A DNA stretch of 28,457 nucleotides from Acidaminococcaceae bacterium (GTDB lineage: Bacteria > Bacillota > Negativicutes > Acidaminococcales > Acidaminococcaceae), in contig JAZLMD010000141.1 in assembly GCA_045598465.1 (NCBI GenBank), forward strand, positions 1-28,457. Reading direction: 5' to 3'. Both the position numbers and the translations under genes were made by a program. Positions 9,827-16,181 of the stretch are shown piece after piece. Each line of letters opens with the position of its first letter. Position 1 is the first letter of the stretch. Below the pieces are notes generated by a model. It saw nothing but the letters and a program-made list of their open reading frames with translations, was not told the origin of the DNA and searched no databases.

Positions 9827-10300
9827 ATGAAATGTCCCTTTTGCACATCTGAGGATACGAGAGTAGTCGACACTCGTAGTGTGGAAGACAATGCCAGCAT
9901 ACGTCGTCGTCGGGAATGTCCGAACTGCAACAGACGTTTTACTACTTACGAGAAGTACGAAGAGACGCCATTGGTTGTATGCAAGAAAGACGGCCGCCGC
10001 GAGCTTTTTGACAGCAAGAAATTGTTGGGCGGTTTGTTGAAGGCATTTGAAAAAAGGCCGGTGTCTTATGAAAAAATTAAGTTTATTGCAGATTCGGTCG
10101 AGAGGGAAGTGAGGTTGTCCTTCGACAGCGAGGTTTCTTCGGTAGTACTGGGAGAGAAGGTTATGGACTATTTGGAAAAGACGGATCAGATTGCTTATGT
10201 GCGTTTTGCCAGCGTATATCGTCAGTTTGCAGATGTGAATAATTTTATGCAGGAAATTCAAAAGATGATTGCTCGGAATGAAAAAAGTAAATCAGAGTAA
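9827..10300 (+). CDS. nrdR: transcriptional repressor NrdR
   Basis: MKCPFC...TRVVDTR...IRRRRECPNCNRRFTTYE zinc ribbon, ATP cone, and AYVRFASVYRQF. Confidence 0.97.
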   Translation: MKCPFCTSEDTRVVDTRSVEDNASIRRRRECPNCNRRFTTYEKYEETPLVVCKKDGRRELFDSKKLLGGLLKAFEKRPVSYEKIKFIADSVEREVRLSFDSEVSSVVLGEKVMDYLEKTDQIAYVRFASVYRQFADVNNFMQEIQKMIARNEKSKSE

Positions 10301-10305
10301 ATTGC

Positions 10306-10330
10306 AGCCCGGCCAACGGCCGGGCTTTTC
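10306..10330 (+). terminator. intrinsic terminator after nrdR
   Basis: AGCCCGGCC-aac-GGCCGGGCT perfect 9-bp stem followed by a T run. Confidence 0.85.
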
Positions 10331-10364
10331 ATAGGAATTTTGTATAATTGTTTCATTTAGGGTA

Positions 10365-10393
10365 TTGACAAGCAAGCTGTTTACCAGTATAAT
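10365..10393 (+). promoter_or_regulatory. consensus sigma-A promoter for tRNA-Ile2 and probably the riboswitch-symporter unit
   Basis: TTGACA (10365-10370), 17 bp spacer, TATAAT (10388-10393). Confidence 0.9.
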
Positions 10394-10416
10394 AAAAAAT
10401 AGTTTAGGTGGTATTG

Positions 10417-10493
10417 GGGCCTATAGCTCAGTTGGTTAGAGCCGCCGGCTCATAACCGGCTGGTCGTAGGTTCGAGTCCTACTGGGCCCACCA
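10417..10493 (+). tRNA. tRNA-Ile2 (anticodon CAT, lysidine-modified type)
   Basis: 77-nt cloverleaf with GGGCCTA/TGGGCCC acceptor stem, GCCGG-CTCATAA-CCGGC anticodon arm, GGTTCGA T-loop and encoded CCA. The body resembles Ile2 rather than initiator or elongator Met. Confidence 0.85.
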
Positions 10494-10503
10494 ATTTGAT
10501 AAC

Positions 10504-10665
10504 GCAGTTTTCGGGAGAAAGCAGGTTGCTTACCGAAGGATTAACACTCTCAGGTGCTCATGTGGGCGGATACCGATTACTGCATGTGAAACTCCGGAGA
10601 GACCTATTTCAGGCGCCGAAGGGGCACGGGAGCAATCCCTAATCTCTCAGGCAAAAGGACGGGGC
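10504..10665 (+). ncRNA. tandem glycine riboswitch
   Basis: Two aptamers, each with GGAGA...CCGAAGG...CTCTCAGG. The second ends CAGGCAAAAGGAC. It lies upstream of an alanine/glycine symporter. Confidence 0.92.
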
Positions 10666-10708
10666 GTGTGCAGAGGAAAACTCTGATGTTTTTCTTTTAT
10701 TGCATTGG

Positions 10709-10736
10709 AGCCGGAGTTGCAAACTTCGGCTTTTTT
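10709..10736 (+). terminator. riboswitch expression-platform terminator
   Basis: AGCCGGAGTT-gca-AACTTCGGCT stem (one G-U pair) followed by TTTTT, between the aptamers and the CDS. Confidence 0.85.
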
Positions 10737-10841
10737 GTTGGAAAGGAGGAAAATAACTGTTTGAAAAAGTATTGACTTACAGGTTTTGTGACGGGTTGAA
10801 TTGTGTTATTGCTATTGTTTAGTTAAGGAGGTAGTTTCCAA

Positions 10842-12176
10842 ATGTTGGCTGTTTTGGATACAATTGATGGTTATATCTGGGGTTTGCCCATGATGGTGCT
10901 TTTGATAGGCACAGGTGTTTTGTTGACTGTCCGTCTTGGTTTATTGCAGGTTTTCAAATTGCCTATGGCGTTGAAGCTGATTTTTAAGTCCGAGAATAAG
11001 GGTGATGGTGATGTGGATCCTTTCAAGGCCCTTTGTACGGCTCTGGCCGCTACCGTTGGTACCGGTAATATCGTGGGGGTTGCTACTGCTATCAAGACCG
11101 GCGGTCCCGGTGCACTTTTCTGGATGTGGTTGGCGGCTTTCTTCGGTATGGCCACCAAGTATGCGGAGTGTATGTTGGCAGTTAAATATCGTACTGTGGA
11201 TGCCAACGGTAATATTGCGGGCGGACCTATGCACTACATTGAGCAGGGTCTGGGGCCCAAGTACAAATGGTTGGCGGTGCTGTTTGCTGTGTTTGGCGGT
11301 TTGGCCGGTTTGTTGGGTATCGGTACTTTTACTCAGGTCAATTCTGTTGCGGATATTGTGAGTATTTCCGTGGGGATTGAGCCCATGATTACCGACTTTA
11401 TTATCGCTATTTTGGTTGCTGTCATAACAATTGGCGGCTTGCGGTCTATTGCCAATGCGGCCAGTGCCATTGTCCCCACTATGGCGGTTCTGTATTTTGT
11501 TGTAACGGTTGCTTTGCTCTGCATTTATGCGGATCAGATTCCTGCTGCCATTTCTTTGGTTTTGCATGATGCTTTTACGGGTACGGCGGCGGTTGGCGGT
11601 TTTCTTGGTTCCAGCATAATGCTGGCTATGCGTAGCGGTGTTGCCCGCGGTATTTTTAGTAACGAATCCGGTTTGGGCTCCGCTCCCATCGTGGCCGCGG
11701 CTGCAAAAACCAAGTGGGCGGCAGAACAGGGTTTGGTTTCCATGACCGGCACTTTCATTGATACCATTGTCATTTGTACCCTTACCGGTTTGAGCTTGAT
11801 TGTGACGGGTTGCTGGACGGGTCCCTGGAAAGGTGCGGCATTGACTAATACTGCATTTACTTCCGCTTTCCCCACAATGGGTACTTATCTGTTGACTCTT
11901 TCCTTGGCTTTGTTTGCGTTTACTACCATTTTGGGATGGAACTATTACTCCGAACGTTGTTGGGTTTACCTCTTCGGCACAAAAATAATCAAACCTTACA
12001 GAATTCTTTTCGTAGTGTTGGTTGCCTTGACTCCTTTCCTGCAATTGGAAGAAATATGGTGTTTGGCGGATATCTTCAATGGTCTGATGGCCTTCCCGAA
12101 CCTTGTGGCATTGCTTTGTTTGAGCGGGGTGGTTGTATCTGAGACGAAATTGTATTTTGACCATTTGAAAAAATAA
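10842..12176 (+). CDS. alanine/glycine:cation symporter (AGCS family)
   Basis: ALAATVGTGNIVGVA, GGPGALFWMW, GGPMHYI, RGIFSNESGLGS and DIFNGLMAFPN. Many TM helices. AAGGAGG ribosome-binding site. Confidence 0.95.
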   Translation: MLAVLDTIDGYIWGLPMMVLLIGTGVLLTVRLGLLQVFKLPMALKLIFKSENKGDGDVDPFKALCTALAATVGTGNIVGVATAIKTGGPGALFWMWLAAFFGMATKYAECMLAVKYRTVDANGNIAGGPMHYIEQGLGPKYKWLAVLFAVFGGLAGLLGIGTFTQVNSVADIVSISVGIEPMITDFIIAILVAVITIGGLRSIANAASAIVPTMAVLYFVVTVALLCIYADQIPAAISLVLHDAFTGTAAVGGFLGSSIMLAMRSGVARGIFSNESGLGSAPIVAAAAKTKWAAEQGLVSMTGTFIDTIVICTLTGLSLIVTGCWTGPWKGAALTNTAFTSAFPTMGTYLLTLSLALFAFTTILGWNYYSERCWVYLFGTKIIKPYRILFVVLVALTPFLQLEEIWCLADIFNGLMAFPNLVALLCLSGVVVSETKLYFDHLKK

Positions 12177-12190
12177 ACATCACAAAACTA

Positions 12191-12219
12191 TTGAAATATC
12201 GTTGCGTGTGTATTATAAT
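12191..12219 (+). promoter_or_regulatory. sigma-A promoter for the tRNA-Pro/tRNA-Gly/LptA-like/tRNA-Arg unit
   Basis: TTGAAA (12191-12196), 17 bp spacer, TATAAT (12214-12219). Confidence 0.8.
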
Positions 12220-12220
12220 A

Positions 12221-12253
12221 AGACCGTGGGTTGCATGCCCATGGTCTTATTTT
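12221..12253 (+). terminator. hairpin, probable terminator of the symporter transcript
   Basis: AGACCGTGGG-ttgcatg-CCCATGGTCT 10-bp stem followed by TATTTT. Confidence 0.5.
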
Positions 12254-12330
12254 CGGGGTGTAGCTCAGTTTGGTAGAGCACCTGCCTTGGGAGCAGGGGG
12301 TCGCAGGTTCAAATCCTGTCGCTCCGACCA
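12254..12330 (+). tRNA. tRNA-Pro (TGG)
   Basis: Cloverleaf with CCTGC-CTTGGGA-GCAGG anticodon arm, GGTTCAAATCC and CCA end. Confidence 0.95.
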
Positions 12331-12342
12331 AACGGAGGATAT

Positions 12343-12416
12343 GCGGGCGTAGTTTAGTGGTAAAACTCCAGCCTTCCAAGCTGATGTTGTGGGTTCGATT
12401 CCCATCGCCCGCTCCA
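12343..12416 (+). tRNA. tRNA-Gly (TCC)
   Basis: GCGGGCG/CGCCCGC acceptor stem, CTTCCAA loop, GGTTCGATTCCC and TCCA end. Confidence 0.95.
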
Positions 12417-12438
12417 TTTTTTAGTTAAGGAGAACGCT

Positions 12439-12921
12439 ATGAAAAAGGTATTGATAGTGCTTGTCGGGATATTTGCTATTGCTTGTAACGTTTGTTTCGC
12501 CGATGCAGCTACTGATGCGGAGAAGAAGGGGCATTTTAGTGTGACAAGTGACCATCGTTCCTTTAATCCCTTTAATGTGAGCTATACGCTCAAGGGGAAT
12601 GTTGTAGCCAAGTTCCCTAATAAGGAGGGTGTTGTTACTGTCAGGGCGGATAAGGGTGTGGCCTATTTCTTTGCCCAGAAGGTGGTTGCCAAGGGTAATG
12701 TTGCTTTGGATTTCAATGGTCTGTATTTGGCTTGCGATGAGGCGATCATACTTCTCAAATCAAAGACGGCTAATCTTTATGGCAATGTGGTTTTCAAATC
12801 TGCCACGGATCATATCACCGCTCCTGAGGGGCGTTATGATTGGCGAAACAGGGTGGCTAATTTCAATAATGCAGTACGTAATGGGGCCGCCCCGGTACCG
12901 ACTTTGGTTTATGAGGTATAG
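12439..12921 (+). CDS. exported OstA/LptA-like beta-jellyroll protein (putative)
   Basis: Signal peptide MKKVLIVLVGIFAIACNVCFA. Repeated LKGNV / AKGNV / LYGNV and RADK / ACDE strand motifs typical of OstA/LptA folds. AAGGAG ribosome-binding site. Confidence 0.65.
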   Translation: MKKVLIVLVGIFAIACNVCFADAATDAEKKGHFSVTSDHRSFNPFNVSYTLKGNVVAKFPNKEGVVTVRADKGVAYFFAQKVVAKGNVALDFNGLYLACDEAIILLKSKTANLYGNVVFKSATDHITAPEGRYDWRNRVANFNNAVRNGAAPVPTLVYEV

Positions 12922-12942
12922 CCGCAGCAGGTTCTTGTCTTT

Positions 12943-13019
12943 GGTCCAGTAGCTCAGTTGGACAGAGCAACGGCCTTCTAAGCCGTGGGTCGGGGGTTCG
13001 AATCCCTCCTGGATCACCA
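12943..13019 (+). tRNA. tRNA-Arg (TCT)
   Basis: GGTCCAG/CTGGATC acceptor stem, ACGGC-CTTCTAA-GCCGT anticodon arm and CCA end. Confidence 0.95.
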
Positions 13020-13030
13020 AATCGGAAATT

Positions 13031-13063
13031 GACACCGGGTTTCAGCGTAAAACCGGTGTTTTT
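13031..13063 (+). terminator. intrinsic terminator after tRNA-Arg
   Basis: GACACCGG...CCGGTGTT stem followed by a T run. Confidence 0.8.
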
Positions 13064-13114
13064 GTTTGCAGTTGTTCTGTTTGAATAGAATTAAAACAAT
13101 TTTTATCAAAAACA

Positions 13115-13143
13115 TTGAAATGCGGAGTACAATATGATATACT
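13115..13143 (+). promoter_or_regulatory. extended -10 sigma-A promoter upstream of the M16 peptidase
   Basis: TTGAAA (13115-13120), 17 bp spacer containing TGn, TATACT (13138-13143). Confidence 0.75.
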
Positions 13144-13199
13144 TCCATATGAATAAAACTATATTTTGTTTTTAATTCTCATGTGTAGGAGAGTCACCA

Positions 13200-16118
13200 A
13201 TGGAACTGAAAATAGGAAATCTATATAGTGGGTTTAAGGTCTTGCGTCGGGAAGTGGTAGATGAACAGGATGCAGTGTGTTACGAGTTGGAGCACTTGCA
13301 ATCCGGGGCCAGGCTTCTGTATGTTGACGCGGAGGACGATAATAAGGTTTTCTGCATTTGTTTTCGCACCCCGGTTTTTGATGATACCGGCGTTGCCCAT
13401 ATCATGGAGCATAGCGTTCTTTGCGGTTCGAGGAAATATCACTTGAAGGAACCTTTTGTGGAATTGGCGAAGGGGTCTTTGAATACGTTTCTGAATGCTA
13501 TGACGTATTCGGATAAAACGGTTTACCCGGTGGCCAGCCGTAATGCCAAGGATTTCGATAATTTGATGGATGTGTATTTGGATGCGGTGTTTCATCCGTT
13601 GATTTATGATAACCCTTACACGTTCGAGCAGGAGGGGTGGCATTACGAGATAGGGACGGTTGAGGATGCTTTAGAGTACAACGGCGTTGTTTATAATGAG
13701 ATGAAGGGGGTATATTCCAATCCTGATTCCTATTTGGATCGGGTGGTGAAGCAGAGTTTGTTTCCGGATAATACCTATCGTTTTGACTCGGGCGGATATC
13801 CGGAGAATATACCGGATTTGAATCAAGAGCAGTTTTTGGCTTTTCACAAAAAATATTACTGTCCGGAGAATGCCAAGATTTATTTATACGGAGATTTGGA
13901 TATTGAGTCGGCTCTAAGGCATATTTCTGAAGGTTATTTGAACGACTATAGACGGACGGATGCCGATGACACCAGGGTGCAGCCCCAGAGAGCATTGATG
14001 AAAACAAAGGATGTTGTGGGAACTTATCCGGAAGTGGAGGGGGCACAAGGCGGCAACAAGGTTTATCACGAGTTGGCCATTGCTCTGAACAGAACTCCCG
14101 ACCGCAAGGATTTAGTGGCTTTGAGGTTGTTGAATGATACCATAATAGATTCCGATTCCGGGCCTTTGAAAAGGGCTCTTATTGAGGCCAAGGTTGCCCA
14201 GAATGTTACCGGTAGTATGGAGATCAGCTTGTTGCAGCCGGTGTTCAGTATCAGGGCGTCAGGTTCAACATTGGAGAGGCGGGAAGATTTTATTTCCATT
14301 GTTTACAGAGAGATGCAAAAGCTGACTCGTGAGGGCATCAATAAGGAATTATTGGAGGGCGGTTTGAATGCGGCGGAATTTAGGTTGCGGGAGAATGAAC
14401 ATGACGGCTACCCTAAGGGATTGATGCTGTGCTTGACGGCGATGGATGAATGGAATTATGAGTATGATCCCATTGAGACATTGCGTTACAGAAAGCTTTT
14501 TAGGGAATTGAGGGAAGGGCTGAAAACTGATTATTACGAAAAACTGATTGAGAACTATCTTTTGGACAATACGCATAAAGTGTTTGTCACCTTGCAGCCG
14601 GAGGCGGGCAGGGTTGAGGAGGAGAAAGCCCGTTTGGAAGAAAAGTTGGCCAGCGTGAAGAAGTCTATGTCTGCAGCTGAAGTTGACAGATGTGTTGCAG
14701 AGTGTAGGGAGTTGCACCGGCGGCAAGGGGCAACGGACAGTCCTGAGGATTTGGCCACCATTCCAATTTTACGGCTTAATGATATCAGGCGCAAGGCAGA
14801 AGATGTTTTTAAGGTTGTTACTGCATCAGGTAGCAATAGATTGATTTATGTCCCACAAAAGACCAACGGGATTGCTTATATGTCCTGGGGATTTGATGTA
14901 ACGAATATTCCAAAAGGAGATTTGCAATATCTTTTCCTGTTGTGTCTGCTTCTTGGTAAGATGGATACAAAGAGTTGTTCATATCAGGATTTGGAAAAAT
15001 TGGGACTGTTGTATACCGGTGGCATGCAGATTTATCCAGAGGTGGTTACCAGTAGGGATGATGCGGACGATTACAAGATTTATGTACGGGTTGCGGGCAA
15101 GGTGCTGGTGGAAAATCTTGACAAGTTTCTGATGCTGATAAGGGAAGTAGTCTGTAGTACGAAGTTTGACGATAAGAAAAGATTTAGGGAAATTGTGGAG
15201 GAAGCGAAGATTTCCATGGACGAAGCATTCTTTACAATTGGTAGGGATGTGGCCGTGAGCAGGTTGCGTTCCTACGTTTCCAAGTCGGCCAGGGTCAGTG
15301 ACTTGTTCAGTAAGAAGCTGTTTATGGATGATTTGTATGAATATTTTGATGCAAAAGCTGATGATGTACTGCAGAAGGTGGAGTTGCTCTGCCGGAAGAC
15401 GTTCGCCAAGGACGGGGTTGTAATGACTTATTCCTGTGATGAAGGCGACAGGGACAAAATTGGTGGTGTTATGCGAGAATTTTTTGATGATTTGCCAGAG
15501 AATGTTCTCGGTGGCGATGAACCTGATGTTCTTGTGATGGACGATACTAATGAGGCGATTACCTGTTCGGGCACAGTTCAATATGTTGTCCTTGGTGGAA
15601 ACTTCTATAGCAAAGGGTTTGATTACACCGGAGCTATGATGGTGCTGAAGAATATTTTAGCCTATGAATATCTTTGGATCAATGTCAGGGTGAGGGGAGG
15701 GGCCTATGGTGCCTTTGCCAGTTTTACGCCTAACGGTTATGTGGATTTCTCCACTTACAGGGATCCTCAGTTGCTCCAATCAATTGAGGTTCTTAGGAAA
15801 ATTCCCAAGTGGGTGAAGGGATTGCAGCTTAGCCGCAGGGAGTTGGACAAATATGTTATAGGAACGATCAGCGGTTTGGACCGACCTGTTACGAAGCAGG
15901 GCAGAATGCGGCTGGCTGAGGAAAGGTTTTTAAAAAATGTGGAAATGGATACAATGCAGAAAGTGAGAAGTCAGATTTTGGATGTGACGCTTGATGATTT
16001 GCATGCTTTGGCAGATGTAATCGAGAAAACTCTTGAGGATTCTTGCTATTGTGTTGTAGGCGGAAAGGAGGTTATTATTTCTAATTCAGATTTGTTTGAA
16101 AGAATTTTTGAAAATTAG
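13200..16118 (+). CDS. insulinase family (M16C, presequence-protease-like) zinc metallopeptidase
   Basis: Inverted zincin motif HIMEH in GVAHIMEHSVLCGSRKY. FLNAMTYSDKTVYP, GVVYNEMKG, VRVRGGAYG and YRDP. 972 aa. Confidence 0.92.
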   Translation: MELKIGNLYSGFKVLRREVVDEQDAVCYELEHLQSGARLLYVDAEDDNKVFCICFRTPVFDDTGVAHIMEHSVLCGSRKYHLKEPFVELAKGSLNTFLNAMTYSDKTVYPVASRNAKDFDNLMDVYLDAVFHPLIYDNPYTFEQEGWHYEIGTVEDALEYNGVVYNEMKGVYSNPDSYLDRVVKQSLFPDNTYRFDSGGYPENIPDLNQEQFLAFHKKYYCPENAKIYLYGDLDIESALRHISEGYLNDYRRTDADDTRVQPQRALMKTKDVVGTYPEVEGAQGGNKVYHELAIALNRTPDRKDLVALRLLNDTIIDSDSGPLKRALIEAKVAQNVTGSMEISLLQPVFSIRASGSTLERREDFISIVYREMQKLTREGINKELLEGGLNAAEFRLRENEHDGYPKGLMLCLTAMDEWNYEYDPIETLRYRKLFRELREGLKTDYYEKLIENYLLDNTHKVFVTLQPEAGRVEEEKARLEEKLASVKKSMSAAEVDRCVAECRELHRRQGATDSPEDLATIPILRLNDIRRKAEDVFKVVTASGSNRLIYVPQKTNGIAYMSWGFDVTNIPKGDLQYLFLLCLLLGKMDTKSCSYQDLEKLGLLYTGGMQIYPEVVTSRDDADDYKIYVRVAGKVLVENLDKFLMLIREVVCSTKFDDKKRFREIVEEAKISMDEAFFTIGRDVAVSRLRSYVSKSARVSDLFSKKLFMDDLYEYFDAKADDVLQKVELLCRKTFAKDGVVMTYSCDEGDRDKIGGVMREFFDDLPENVLGGDEPDVLVMDDTNEAITCSGTVQYVVLGGNFYSKGFDYTGAMMVLKNILAYEYLWINVRVRGGAYGAFASFTPNGYVDFSTYRDPQLLQSIEVLRKIPKWVKGLQLSRRELDKYVIGTISGLDRPVTKQGRMRLAEERFLKNVEMDTMQKVRSQILDVTLDDLHALADVIEKTLEDSCYCVVGGKEVIISNSDLFERIFEN

Positions 16119-16181
16119 TCAGAAAGCAAAATTTGTTATTGTTTTCTCGTGCATTGAAAATGCGGAAAGGAGTTTGTTGTT

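Noticed and set aside
10417-10493. Calling the CAT-anticodon tRNA a Met tRNA
   Set aside because: It lacks the initiator features (C1-A72 mismatch, three G-C pairs in the anticodon stem), and its body resembles tRNA-Ile2.
10941-12164. 407-aa minus-strand ORF, and the other long antisense ORFs over mur, zorA-like and rnj genes
   Set aside because: They lie wholly opposite well-supported genes, show no recognisable motifs, and are explained by codon bias in the sense gene.
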